Positions 27,341-37,303 are shown, numbered from the stretch's first letter. The stretch: 64,000 nt of DNA from Armatimonadota bacterium (GCA_026392045.1 JAPLCU010000012.1:41142-105141), one strand, 5' to 3'. Numbers and translations are program-made. The notes: generated from the sequence alone by a model not told the origin.

Positions 27341-29146
27341 TTACAGCGACTCCACGTATTCGGCAAGGTCGTCGAGCTGTTTTTTGCTCAACTTCGAGGT
27401 GTTACCGTGGCGGTTACCCTTGTTGTGGGTGGTCAGCACGTCTTTGATTGAAGCAGCGGAGCCATCGTGAAGATACGGGCCAGTGCGCCAAACCTCAACG
27501 AGGGTCGGATTGTCGAACTTGTGATCCTCACGGTCGAGCTCGCCCTTAGTGCCGACATCATAGGATTTCAGATCGGTATAAAGCCCAGATGAATGACAGG
27601 AAACGCATCCCACATTCTCGCTCATAAAGAGTTTTTTGCCTCTCAATGCCGAGGCGGAAAGTTTGCCATTTGCCAAGCGTGGGCTTGGATACGCAGTCAG
27701 CGACTTAAGGTAAGCATCAATCGCTTTCGCATCAGATTCCGGTCGAGTTGCGAACAGGATAAATCTGATACCAGACCGAACTGCTGTCTCAGCCTTGTCG
27801 CGAACCGCCAGGCTCATCACAGGAGGAGTGCGGTGTGCCAGAAGCATGCTCCTTGAGTTTTTAGGGTTGCCGATGCCGTCGTTGAGCAGGTCCCAGTTGA
27901 GGCCGTCCGTTCTTGCATCAGGATGGCAGCTTAAACAGCTCTGCCAACCCTGGAAACAGATCGACGCGTCACTATAAAGCATTTCACCCTTGCGCTGCTC
28001 AGACACTGCGACCTTCGGCCCCAGTGCAATAGACCCGCGAACCACGGCATCCTTGAGATTGACAATACTTATCGAATCAGAGAAATATTCACCTACATAA
28101 GCATTATCGCCCAACACCATAACCGACCTTGGGCCGATGCCATTCACATGAACGCGCTTGCGAATGTCAGACATAAACGCCAAATCGTTCGGGACATCAT
28201 CAGGATTCGCCTTAGCAAGCTTGGCAAGCATCGCCTGAGTATCTATAATGCTCAGCTCATGGGTTCCGGCGGAGGTAATGCAAATTGTCTTGCCATCAGC
28301 AGAGAACGCAACCGCCCAGGGGTTGGCTGCGCCCGCGTCTATGTCGTCAAGCAAAACTGTGTTAACGAGCTTGCGGGCGCCGATGTCTATGATGCTCATC
28401 GCATTGGTGTTCATCCATCCGCGCTCGAGCTGGGTGGTTGGAAGGCTATATCGGCCAACAATATGCCCCACACAGGCATACTTGCCATCAGGAGAAATGG
28501 CCACACCATGCAGGCTGGTACTGCCGTTGGGCAACTGAATATTCTTGGCGAGTTTATTCGTTGTGGTATCAATCACGCTGACGCAGGCAGCTACAACATC
28601 GGCATTGGCGCTTCCGGTAGGCAGCAGATTTGAAACGACCAGAGACTTGCCATCCGGAGTAATCGCCGCCCCAATTGGCTCACGCTTAACAGCTATGCGG
28701 CTAGTGGTTTTGCCGGTGGCAAGGTCTATAAATGCTACTTCATTCAAGAACCGATTGCATACATAGAGCTTTTTGCCGTTACCAGCCAAAACTGGAGCGC
28801 ATGCGCCAGACCCGGCCTTAATGGTCTTCACAATTTTGCCTGTTTTGGCGTCAATCACACAAACAAATCCGCTTGGCAAATCGCAGGTAACATACAACTG
28901 CGCGTTGCCGGCAGCTATTCCGTTGGGATTTCCTGCAACGGCTATGCTCTTTACGATCTTGCCTGATGCCGAATCGACACAAAGCGCTTTCTTGCCTGTT
29001 GTGCATGCAATATACAATACTTTGCCGCTCTGTGCCATAGCGCATGGTGACAGATATTTTGGGGCGGGCACGGGTGTCTTGGCCGTCGCTGTAAAGGCAA
29101 GAACCATAGAAATGACCACAATGCTCCACATGGTAAACTTCTTCAC
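27341..29146 (-). CDS. Secreted fusion of a YVTN-type beta-propeller with a C-terminal di-heme cytochrome c peroxidase (CCP/MauG family) domain
   Basis: Signal peptide. N-terminal repeats of the GKIVKTI...YVTCD type. C-terminal domain with two CxxCH motifs (CLSCH, CVSCH) and the CCP hallmark WRTGPYLHDGS. Confidence 0.65.
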   Translation of the reverse strand: MKKFTMWSIVVISMVLAFTATAKTPVPAPKYLSPCAMAQSGKVLYIACTTGKKALCVDSASGKIVKSIAVAGNPNGIAAGNAQLYVTCDLPSGFVCVIDAKTGKIVKTIKAGSGACAPVLAGNGKKLYVCNRFLNEVAFIDLATGKTTSRIAVKREPIGAAITPDGKSLVVSNLLPTGSANADVVAACVSVIDTTTNKLAKNIQLPNGSTSLHGVAISPDGKYACVGHIVGRYSLPTTQLERGWMNTNAMSIIDIGARKLVNTVLLDDIDAGAANPWAVAFSADGKTICITSAGTHELSIIDTQAMLAKLAKANPDDVPNDLAFMSDIRKRVHVNGIGPRSVMVLGDNAYVGEYFSDSISIVNLKDAVVRGSIALGPKVAVSEQRKGEMLYSDASICFQGWQSCLSCHPDARTDGLNWDLLNDGIGNPKNSRSMLLAHRTPPVMSLAVRDKAETAVRSGIRFILFATRPESDAKAIDAYLKSLTAYPSPRLANGKLSASALRGKKLFMSENVGCVSCHSSGLYTDLKSYDVGTKGELDREDHKFDNPTLVEVWRTGPYLHDGSAASIKDVLTTHNKGNRHGNTSKLSKKQLDDLAEYVESL

Positions 29147-29325
29147 TTAAGTGTAATCCTCCAACGCAAAAATAACTTTCTCAACAATAAGTAATTAGCC
29201 GCCGCGTGCAGAACTCCTCTAATGTTGCATGAGCAATACTGTAATTGGCGATAAAATGGCAGACAACTATTTCTGATTTTTTTGCTTTGGGAGGCTTTTT
29301 CTCCCGAAGCATACCCAGAAGGAAC

Positions 29326-30690
29326 CTAACTTCTAATCTCGTTAAGCAGCTCCGCGACTTTTGCTTCCATCAGCTCGCGGGTCTTGGCTTCGAGGTTCAG
29401 CCTGATGAGTGGCTCGGTGTTGGAGGCTCTTACGTTGAACCACCAGTCTTCGAACTCCACTTTGTAGCCGTCGATCTCAGTGACCCTCTTGGCGCTTGGG
29501 CCGTATTTATCTTCGAGCCTCTTGAGAATGGCTGGGATGTCTTTCACTTCGGAGTTAATCTCGCCGCTGTGGAAATATTTCTTGAGCGGGGCAACTATCT
29601 CAGAAACCGGCTTGCCTTCGCTAAGAACCAGCTTAAGAATATTGAGCATCGCCAAGTCGCCGTTGTCGGTGGTGTAGAAATCGCTGAAATAGTAGTGGCT
29701 GGAGAGTTCGCCGGCGAAGAATCCGCCCTCAGCGCGCATCTGCTGCTTGATCAGGCCATGTCCGACGCGGCACTGCTCCGCAATTCCGCCCGCTTTCTCG
29801 ATCTCCTCAGGCACAACCCAACTGGAGCGCAGATCATAGAGAATCCTCGCGCCGGGCTGCTTTTTGAGCAATTCGCGAGCGATTAAAGCGGTGATGAAAT
29901 CGCCCGGGATGACCTGGCCCTTCTCATCAACAAACGCCACGCGGTCGCCGTCGCCATCGAATGCTATTCCAAGATCGGCCTGATCATCCACCACGCGGTC
30001 GCGCAGGGCAAGCAGGGTCTCGGTCTTGAGTGGGTTTGCCTCATGGTTCGGGAAGCTGCCGTCAAGTCTCCAATAGAGCCGAATCGGGTCATTACCGACC
30101 TTTTTGCAGATAGTTGGCTGAATGTGTCCGCCCATGCCGTTCGCGCAATCTATTACCAGCTTGAGATTTCCGAAGCTGCGGATGTTTACTTTGTTGAGCA
30201 CTGCCTCTGAATACTCATCGAGCAGGTTAACAGCGTCATGCAAAGTACCCTTGGCTGCGGGCTCGGGAAAATCGCCTATGCACGCCAGCTCATAAAGCTT
30301 GTCATTATTAATAAAAGCGATGCTTGGCACCGCGCCCTTGCCGGTCATCTTGTAGCCGTTATATTCGGCAGGGTTGTGCGAGGCTGTGCACATTACGCCA
30401 GCGTCTGCCTCCAAATGGTTAACTGCAAAATAATACATGCAGGTGGAAGTCAGGCCAATAGGCACAACATCGGCGCCCTGGTCTATAAGGCCGCGAATGG
30501 TAGCCGCCTCGAATGTCTCCGCAGAATCCCGCATGTCATGCCCAACAACAACCCTCTTGCATCCAAGCGCTGCGGCATACGCTCGCGCAATGCGGTAGGC
30601 GTCATCATCATCCATCTCCTGGGGGTAAAGGCCCCGAATATCATAAGCTTTGAAAATGAACTTGTTAATCTCTTTGTGTCCCAGTTGCAT
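29326..30690 (-). CDS. Phosphoglucomutase/phosphomannomutase (alpha-D-phosphohexomutase family)
   Basis: Active-site TASHNPAEYNGYK, a metal-binding DGDGDR loop, and a sugar-binding GGEeS-type motif (GELSSH). Confidence 0.85.
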   Translation of the reverse strand: MQLGHKEINKFIFKAYDIRGLYPQEMDDDDAYRIARAYAAALGCKRVVVGHDMRDSAETFEAATIRGLIDQGADVVPIGLTSTCMYYFAVNHLEADAGVMCTASHNPAEYNGYKMTGKGAVPSIAFINNDKLYELACIGDFPEPAAKGTLHDAVNLLDEYSEAVLNKVNIRSFGNLKLVIDCANGMGGHIQPTICKKVGNDPIRLYWRLDGSFPNHEANPLKTETLLALRDRVVDDQADLGIAFDGDGDRVAFVDEKGQVIPGDFITALIARELLKKQPGARILYDLRSSWVVPEEIEKAGGIAEQCRVGHGLIKQQMRAEGGFFAGELSSHYYFSDFYTTDNGDLAMLNILKLVLSEGKPVSEIVAPLKKYFHSGEINSEVKDIPAILKRLEDKYGPSAKRVTEIDGYKVEFEDWWFNVRASNTEPLIRLNLEAKTRELMEAKVAELLNEIRS

Positions 30691-30845
30691 GTATCGCCCT
30701 CCTAGCCAAAAACATCTGAATTATAGCACACAAGCAAATAGGGCGTGAATACACGCCCTAGCATATTACCAAAATAATCGAATATTACCAAGTGAGCTTT
30801 CGTTGTGCCGTGAGGTATATACTCCGCACATCGTAACAGCTCAGT

Positions 30846-30896
30846 CTTAATGAGAATACACGCTTAATGAGAATACACGCTTAATGAGAATACACG
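30846..30896. repeat. Perfect tandem repeat, 17-bp unit x 3 (CTTAATGAGAATACACG)
   Basis: Three identical units in the GH51 / phosphohexomutase intergenic region. Confidence 0.85.
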
Positions 30897-30905
30897 CACA
30901 AACTA

Positions 30906-30989
30906 GCATCCTGAGCTCCGTCGAAGGGTGCGGTCAAGTCCAAACATGCGTATCTTCGCAGCCGCATACTTCGACGGAGCTCAGCATGC
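30906..30989. repeat. Family E: 28-bp motif GCATCCTGAGCTCCGTCGAAGGGTGCGG and its inverted copy, forming a long hairpin immediately downstream of the GH51 gene
   Basis: Arms at 30906-30933 and 30962-30989 with 25 of 28 positions complementary. A third copy at 34615-34642. Confidence 0.7.
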
Positions 30990-33392
30990 TTACATTGTAA
31001 TCAGCAAGTCTGAGCTCTTAATTGTTACTGAGTTTGCGGGGAAGTCATACTTGAACTGGGTTCCCTTGACGTTTATTGTGCTAGTCTTTGGTTTGATCTT
31101 CTCCGTTTGCTCAATTGAGTTTTCATCCATGCCGTTTGCGGAGGTCAGGACGATTACTTCGGCCTTGGAACCGAGGTTCTTTGCGCCTGCCAGAGTCACA
31201 TCGGTGGCTTGAGGAGACCATCCGGCGTTTACCACTTTTACGATAATATCGCCGGTTTTTTCATCACGGCTTGCCGTTGAATGAAGAGGGCTTATTGACG
31301 GGAAAGCCTCTTCCTGGACCAGCTTGCCATCCAGATAGCAGCGGATTTTATCTTTACCAAGATCCACTTTGACATCATACCACTTGCCCGTCTCAACATT
31401 GCCGCGAATACGCCTGCCAATTGGGGAACGATTCCACTCTATTGCGTTCTGGGTATTCCTCCAGCCGCCCACATTCCACCATGCGCAGATGTTCTTGTCC
31501 TGGGCATAGAATACAAGCAGGAATCCTTCTTCACCTTTGATCTTTCGGGCTTTGCAGGAGAATGTGTATTCTTTCCAATTGGTATCGCCGAAAGTCGCGC
31601 GGGCGTTTTCTATCAGGGCGGTCTGCCTGAATGCGCCATCCACCACTTTCCAGTCGCCATTGATTGTCTGCCAGTCTTTGGCTTCTTTGGAGAAATCGCC
31701 TTTGTAAAGAATTTCATCACCCTTGGTTACTAATACATCTTTGAACTCAGCTTCGGTTACCCACGTGCTCAGACCGATAGCGCCGTGAGTTGGCTCGGAA
31801 AGGGTGGTTGTGCGTTCGATAGTTACCGGCAGCACAACATCGCCCTTGTTTTGGCTGAACATCTGCTGCACATAGTAAGACGGGATGCCGTAGACCCGCG
31901 AGCTGTCGAAGTCTATAAGGTTCGGGTTCCATGCCCTGTGATTGATATTCACGAATAGCGGAGCATAGGAGCACATTGTGACGATATCCGAGTTTCTCTC
32001 CATTCCACACATAAACGCCGCTTCGCCGACTGCGCCCCTGAGGCTGCCCTGGCCCGTGCCCTGGGTGACGGCATATTCGCCGACATAGATTTTCGGGCCT
32101 TTGCGGTCATAGGTGTCGTATTTATTGGCGTTGTTGATGAAGAACTCCGGGTTGGAATAGTAATGCTCGTCGATGATCTCAGGTGAGTTCTTGTCTGGAA
32201 CGCCGCCCCAAACATTGGCGATCAGATGCATGTCTGGATACTTGGCCTTGATGGCTTTGACAAACAGCGGCCATCTTTCGTTATATGCGCCGCCGCCGTT
32301 TTCGTTGCCGATTTCCATATACTTGAGGCCGAACGGCTTCGGATGACCGGCTTTTGCGCGCACGGCTCCCCACTTGCTGTCTGCCGGGCCGTTTGCGTAT
32401 TCGATGGCATCAAGCGCGTCCTGCACAAACTCGTCCATTTTGTCCATCGCAATGACTCCGCCGTGAGACATGCCGCAGTTGATAACAAACAGCGGCTCGC
32501 TGCCGAGGTCTTCACAGAGCTGCAGGTATTCATGGAAACCGAGGCCGTTTGTGGCTTCATAGCCCCAGATATTGTGCTGGGTGCGTCTATCTTCAACGGG
32601 GCCTATGGTGGTTTTCCACCGCTGGGCCTCTGCCATGGTGTTTCCTTCGACCCAGCATCCACCGGGGAAGCGCACAAATGCGGGCTTCAGGCCAACGAGC
32701 ATTTCGGCCAGGTCCGGGCGAAGACCGTGGTTCTTCCAGGTCTTTGCGGGCATTAGGGAGACACAGTCCAAGCCTAAACTGCCGCTCTCGGTGGTGGTTA
32801 TAACCAACCGCGCTTTTGGATCGGTGGCTTTGGAGACAAGGCGAGATGTAAACTTCTTCCACTCGGATGTCAAGCCGCTGATCTTGGCAGAAGCATAAAC
32901 ATCACCTTTGGCGCTTTCCAGGCTCGCAGTTAAGCTGCCCTTGATACTCTTGGCGTAGGCATACAAGGAGAGATTGTAGGTTTCACCCTTTTTGATACCC
33001 ATTCCCCACCAGCCGTCATTCGCGACACCCACCCGGCCGCCTCCCTTGTTGGAGATCTCAAGGCGAAGCGATTTCTGGTTGAACTCGCTTTTGGTCGCCG
33101 GGTTTGATGTATCGACGACGCTCGCAGTCTCGGCAGGACCTTCGTTTACCAAAGTCCAGTAATCGAGTTTGTCCGAATCTTCAAAAGAACGATTGCGCAC
33201 GAGTTCCGGGTAGATGCCGCCGTCGCCCGAACAGTTGATCTCTTCATAGAAGATTCCGTAAAGTGTAGGGCTGATCTTGTGGCTGGGTTTGTCCACCTGC
33301 ACAGTCAGTTTTGCCGGTTCTGCCCCAAACGCTGCCGAGACAATGGATAGGGTCACTGCGGCGAGTGCCATTAATTTCAGAAATCTGGTCAT
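30990..33392 (-). CDS. Multidomain secreted alpha-L-arabinofuranosidase, GH51 catalytic domain with N-terminal CBM-like and C-terminal beta-sandwich domains
   Basis: Signal peptide. GH51 core (FVRFPGGCWVEGNTMAEAQRWK...EIGNENGG... with catalytic Glu motifs). Confidence 0.7.
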   Translation of the reverse strand: MTRFLKLMALAAVTLSIVSAAFGAEPAKLTVQVDKPSHKISPTLYGIFYEEINCSGDGGIYPELVRNRSFEDSDKLDYWTLVNEGPAETASVVDTSNPATKSEFNQKSLRLEISNKGGGRVGVANDGWWGMGIKKGETYNLSLYAYAKSIKGSLTASLESAKGDVYASAKISGLTSEWKKFTSRLVSKATDPKARLVITTTESGSLGLDCVSLMPAKTWKNHGLRPDLAEMLVGLKPAFVRFPGGCWVEGNTMAEAQRWKTTIGPVEDRRTQHNIWGYEATNGLGFHEYLQLCEDLGSEPLFVINCGMSHGGVIAMDKMDEFVQDALDAIEYANGPADSKWGAVRAKAGHPKPFGLKYMEIGNENGGGAYNERWPLFVKAIKAKYPDMHLIANVWGGVPDKNSPEIIDEHYYSNPEFFINNANKYDTYDRKGPKIYVGEYAVTQGTGQGSLRGAVGEAAFMCGMERNSDIVTMCSYAPLFVNINHRAWNPNLIDFDSSRVYGIPSYYVQQMFSQNKGDVVLPVTIERTTTLSEPTHGAIGLSTWVTEAEFKDVLVTKGDEILYKGDFSKEAKDWQTINGDWKVVDGAFRQTALIENARATFGDTNWKEYTFSCKARKIKGEEGFLLVFYAQDKNICAWWNVGGWRNTQNAIEWNRSPIGRRIRGNVETGKWYDVKVDLGKDKIRCYLDGKLVQEEAFPSISPLHSTASRDEKTGDIIVKVVNAGWSPQATDVTLAGAKNLGSKAEVIVLTSANGMDENSIEQTEKIKPKTSTINVKGTQFKYDFPANSVTIKSSDLLITM

Positions 33393-33422
33393 TTTTTCCT
33401 CCGTGTTTTTGTATAATGCAGC

Positions 33423-34586
33423 TTATCGCTGATAGCTGTCCTTTAGAATCTGATGGATTTCCTCCAGGGTGGCGATGCGCGGGTTGTTTTTGTAGTCCGG
33501 CAACACCATGGAAGCTTTCGCGAGTTGCGCTATTTCTTCCTGCGGGAATTTCAGTTTTTTGAAAGAAAGCCAGAGCCCAATCTCCTTCAGGAAGTTGTCT
33601 ATGGCAATGCAGCTCTGCTCAGCGGCTTCTTTGTCTGATACAGCGCAGAGCGATGGGTCTAAGATTCGGCCGACTGCGGCGAATCTATCGATTGCGCTCG
33701 TGTAGGTGTATCTGGTGAACGCCGGGTAAGTCACCGCGAGGGCTTCGCCGTGGGCAATGTGCGGCTGCATGCCGCTTATCGCCATGCCGATGCCGTGGGG
33801 CAAGGTCACGCCTGCGTTTGCGATGCACAGCCCTGCGAGAGTGTCTGCCCAGGCCATTGCGCTTCGGGCTTGGATATCGGCGCCATCACTTACTGCGGCA
33901 GGAAGGCAGCTCACGATGAGATTTATAGCCTCCAGCGCCAGTGTATCGGTATACGGAGATGCGCCGGAATGGATGAATGCTTCAAACGCGTGGGTGAATG
34001 CGTCCCAGCCGGTGCATGCGGTGATATATGAAGGCAGGCTGATCATCAGCTCGGGGTCTACAATAGCGGCCTTTGGGTAGAGCAGGCTGTTATATAGCGC
34101 GGACTTGCACCGCTCGGCGGTGTTTGTAACTACGGCGACCTGCGTGACCTGCGAACCTGTGCCGGAAGTGGTAGAGACAGCAACGACCGGCAGGGTTTTT
34201 TCGGTGGGCGGGGTCTTGAAAAAGAGATAATCCCAGCAGGAACCCTCATGGGCCGCTTCGACCGCTATGGCTTTGGCGGTGTCCATGCTCGATCCCCCGC
34301 CAACACCCAAAATGACGTCTGCTTTGTGTGTGCAAGCCATTTTTGCGCCTGCAGCGACTATCTCAGTGGTAGGGTTCGGGATTACGCCGTCGAAGTGGGC
34401 AACTTCCACGCCCGCTGCCTTAAGGGACTTCTTCACTTTGGCGTAAATCGGCGCGATGGCATCAAACTCGGGTACGGTTACCAGGAGGCAGCACTTGCCG
34501 TAGCAAGAAACGATCTGCCCAACCTCACTGACTCGACCTGCCCCAAAATGGATGCTGGTGGATTGGAAATAGTTAAATGGTTTCAT
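33423..34586 (-). CDS. Iron-containing (group III) alcohol dehydrogenase
   Basis: GGGSSMDTAK motif, His-rich metal site and NAD-binding GVIPNP. GGAGG RBS. Confidence 0.85.
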   Translation of the reverse strand: MKPFNYFQSTSIHFGAGRVSEVGQIVSCYGKCCLLVTVPEFDAIAPIYAKVKKSLKAAGVEVAHFDGVIPNPTTEIVAAGAKMACTHKADVILGVGGGSSMDTAKAIAVEAAHEGSCWDYLFFKTPPTEKTLPVVAVSTTSGTGSQVTQVAVVTNTAERCKSALYNSLLYPKAAIVDPELMISLPSYITACTGWDAFTHAFEAFIHSGASPYTDTLALEAINLIVSCLPAAVSDGADIQARSAMAWADTLAGLCIANAGVTLPHGIGMAISGMQPHIAHGEALAVTYPAFTRYTYTSAIDRFAAVGRILDPSLCAVSDKEAAEQSCIAIDNFLKEIGLWLSFKKLKFPQEEIAQLAKASMVLPDYKNNPRIATLEEIHQILKDSYQR

Positions 34587-34604
34587 TTATTCCTCCAAGA
34601 CGAT

Positions 34605-35522
34605 TTATATTTGGCCGCACCCTTCGACGGAGCTCAGGATGCTAGAAATCTTAGGCATTGCTCCTTTTTGGGAGCAGACGTAGGCTGCCAGCCGATTTGC
34701 TGTGTCGTTGATTTTGTCTAAATCGGTTCCGTTGAGCATTCCCATTACAATTGCGGCAGTGAATGAATCACCTGCGCCGACTGTGTCCACGATCTTCGCC
34801 GGGTAGCCCCGGTGCTCGCTTGTTTGATTTGGCGTGCATAGAATGCTGCCGCGGCTTCCCCGCGTGAGAGCTATTAGTTTCAGCGAATATCTTTCCACCA
34901 ATTCATTCAGCGCTTCATTAGTATCCATGCTTAGCCCGAGCATTTTGCATAGAATGGGCAGCTCTTCATCATTGAGCTTCATGACGTTTGAGCGCGTCAG
35001 TGATTCGACAATCACATCTAAGCTGTAATACGACTGGCGCATGTTGATATCGAAGACTCGCAGAGAGGTCTCCGGCATGCAGGTTAGAAACTTCTGCACG
35101 GTTTCACGTGATATCGCCGACCTCTGGCACAGCGAACCGAAGCAAACTGCGTCTGCGTGCGCAGCCACTTCTTCCAATTCATTCGACCACGGAATGCAAT
35201 CCCATGCTACATCAGTGTGAATGACATAGCTGGGGACGCCGTTTGCGTCGAGCGTTACGGATACTGTGCCGGTCGGGTGGTTTTTGTCCACTGCCAAATA
35301 TGTGCGATCCAAGCCTGCATTATCCAGCAAACTGAGGATTTCATCGCCCAATGGGTCAGCGCCCACGCAGCTTACCACGCACGATTGTGCTCCCAGAGCC
35401 TGCGCATGATACGCGAAATTGGCGGGCGCGCCGCCGAGCTCTTTACCGCCTGGCAACAGGTCCCAGAGTATCTCGCCCAGCCCGATTACGTTGTATTGGT
35501 TTTCTGACAATTGGTTCTCCAC
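34605..35522 (-). CDS. PfkB-family carbohydrate kinase (fructokinase / ketohexokinase-like)
   Basis: N-terminal GG motif (LGGAPANFAY) and C-terminal DTVGAGDSF anion-hole motif. Confidence 0.8.
   Translation of the reverse strand: MENQLSENQYNVIGLGEILWDLLPGGKELGGAPANFAYHAQALGAQSCVVSCVGADPLGDEILSLLDNAGLDRTYLAVDKNHPTGTVSVTLDANGVPSYVIHTDVAWDCIPWSNELEEVAAHADAVCFGSLCQRSAISRETVQKFLTCMPETSLRVFDINMRQSYYSLDVIVESLTRSNVMKLNDEELPILCKMLGLSMDTNEALNELVERYSLKLIALTRGSRGSILCTPNQTSEHRGYPAKIVDTVGAGDSFTAAIVMGMLNGTDLDKINDTANRLAAYVCSQKGAMPKISSILSSVEGCGQI
34615..34642 (-). repeat. Family E 28-bp motif, single copy overlapping the last codons of the PfkB kinase gene
   Basis: CCGCACCCTTCGACGGAGCTCAGGATGC, the exact reverse complement of 30906-30933. 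Confidence 0.7.
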
Positions 35523-35570
35523 TAAAATGTTGCGCCCTCACCCTAACCCTCTCCCCCAGGAGAGGGGATT

Positions 35571-36641
35571 TTAGAGGTCGATGAAGACCTTCATGGACTT
35601 GTCGCCCTGTTCGTCAATGTAGCGATAGGCGTCCATATAGCGCTCGAGCGGGAAATGCTTGGAATCCAGCGGCTCGGTTTTGATTTTGCCGCTTGCGATC
35701 CATTCGACCGCCTGCACGTAATCTTCGTAACGATACATCATGGTGCCGATTATGGAAAGCTCATGCTCGCCCACGCGTGCCATGTCTATTCCCGGCTTGC
35801 CTCCGAAAACTCCCAGCACAACAATAGCGCCGCCCTTGCCGATGGCTTGAATGGCCTGGTCCATGGCGGCTTCGCTGCCTGCGGCTTCCATCGCAAGGTC
35901 GAAGCCTTCATCGCCGAAAACTCGTTTGGCGGCTTGGGCCAGGGTCTCTTCTTTGGCGTTCGATACGGCGTCTATGCCCACCTGGCGAGCAATTTCCAGC
36001 CGGTAAGCGCTGATATCTGTGATCAAAACTTTTTTCGCGCCGCGGCATTTGCACGCTTGCGCTGCGTAGTTGCCTATCGGGCCTGCGCCGAGCACGACCA
36101 CATTTTTGCCCTCAACCCCGCCTGCTCTGGCGGTGGAATGTGCGCCCACGGCCACTGGCTCAATGAAAGCGCCCTGCTCCGGGGTGAACGAATCCGGCAA
36201 TATGACTATTTTGTCTGCCTCGGTGGCGTAAAGGTCCTGCGCAACACCCGGCGCCTGGAACCCGCGCACCTTGAGGTTTTCGCATACGTTATACTGCCCC
36301 CGCAGACACGGTCGGCACTCTCCGCAGACCTCTTGGGGAGTTGCAGTGACCTTCATTCCAGGCTTTATGTCAGTGACACCCTCGCCAACGGCTTCAACAA
36401 TCGCCGAAAACTCATGTCCCTGAACCACGGGGTATTTGGTAAAAGGGTGCTTGCCGTGATTTACATGAACATCGCTCCCGCACACGCCAATGCGCTGGAT
36501 TCGCATGAGCGCCTGTCCCTTGCCGGCAACGGCGTCCGGCACCTGGCGGATTTCTATCACGCCTGGCGCTGTCATAACTGCTTGTCGCACAGTATTATTC
36601 CTCCTGATCACTTTCTCTGAGCTGTTTGAAGCCCAGCCCAT
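35571..36641 (-). CDS. Zinc-dependent medium-chain alcohol/polyol dehydrogenase (sorbitol/threonine dehydrogenase-like)
   Basis: GVCGSDVH, GHEFSAIVEAVG, structural-zinc Cys cluster CGECRPCLRGQYNVC, Rossmann VVVLGAGPIG. Confidence 0.85.
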   Translation of the reverse strand: MGWASNSSEKVIRRNNTVRQAVMTAPGVIEIRQVPDAVAGKGQALMRIQRIGVCGSDVHVNHGKHPFTKYPVVQGHEFSAIVEAVGEGVTDIKPGMKVTATPQEVCGECRPCLRGQYNVCENLKVRGFQAPGVAQDLYATEADKIVILPDSFTPEQGAFIEPVAVGAHSTARAGGVEGKNVVVLGAGPIGNYAAQACKCRGAKKVLITDISAYRLEIARQVGIDAVSNAKEETLAQAAKRVFGDEGFDLAMEAAGSEAAMDQAIQAIGKGGAIVVLGVFGGKPGIDMARVGEHELSIIGTMMYRYEDYVQAVEWIASGKIKTEPLDSKHFPLERYMDAYRYIDEQGDKSMKVFIDL

Positions 36642-36833
36642 AGCTCTACATTAGTATACTACAAAAGGATATGGGGTGAGGTAGTCAATCTTTTGCAGGA
36701 CAAAAGACTTTTGGGTTTTTCGGAATGTCGGGTTTCGGGTGTAATTAAAATGAGTATAAATATAGAGCTTGATTGAACTAACGAACAGACTCATGAAACC
36801 GATAATTAGTAAAGTGGAAGGGAGGCGATTATT

Positions 36834-37121
36834 GTGGATGATGAATTATTGATGGCTGCGATGATTGAAGCTCCCAATGCCTGCGAAGATAAAATCGAAT
36901 ACGACAACCGAATAGAGGACATCACCGAAACTGAGATGGATGCCGAAGAAGAGGCAGAGGGAATGGGAATTGCGCCTCGCTCTGTGTGGGATGAGTCTGA
37001 TCGGGAGTTCACCCGGTATGAGCGGAATTATCGCGCTCGCAGGATACGGGAACTTACAAAGGCCCCAGTCAAGGAGGGCAAATCGAAAGCAGAACCGACA
37101 TCTGATCAAATTGCTGCATAA
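36834..37121 (+). CDS. Hypothetical small acidic protein (95 aa)
   Basis: An ORF with its own downstream terminator. Asp/Glu-rich N-terminal half and a basic C-terminal half. I recognise no family. Confidence 0.4.
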   Translation: MDDELLMAAMIEAPNACEDKIEYDNRIEDITETEMDAEEEAEGMGIAPRSVWDESDREFTRYERNYRARRIRELTKAPVKEGKSKAEPTSDQIAA

Positions 37122-37141
37122 ATAAGAGAAACAAAACATTC

Positions 37142-37176
37142 GCCAAGCAGGTATCATTTGCTTGGCTTTATTCTTT
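37142..37176 (+). terminator. Rho-independent terminator
   Basis: Hairpin GCCAAGCAGGTATCATTTGCTTGGC followed by TTTATTCTTT. Confidence 0.7.
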
Positions 37177-37303
37177 GGTGGAAATAATCCGGTAACTGAT
37201 ATAAAATGTATCATCATCCGAAACATTGCCTGGTATTATTCGTCTAAGTAAGTAAGTGATATTGCAGGACACTTTCATGTAGTTGAAAAGGAGTAACGGT
37301 GCA

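Noticed and set aside
29290-29310. GGGAGGCTTTTTCTCCC hairpin near the phosphohexomutase stop
   Set aside because: The T-run precedes the hairpin instead of following it on either strand, so it is not a canonical intrinsic terminator.
35100-35115. Second parS-like sequence GGTTTCACGTGATATC
   Set aside because: Only about 12 of 16 matches with a broken right half, inside the PfkB coding sequence. It is most likely chance.
35655-36620. 321-aa plus-strand ORF
   Set aside because: It is antisense to the Zn-dependent dehydrogenase, whose motifs are unambiguous.
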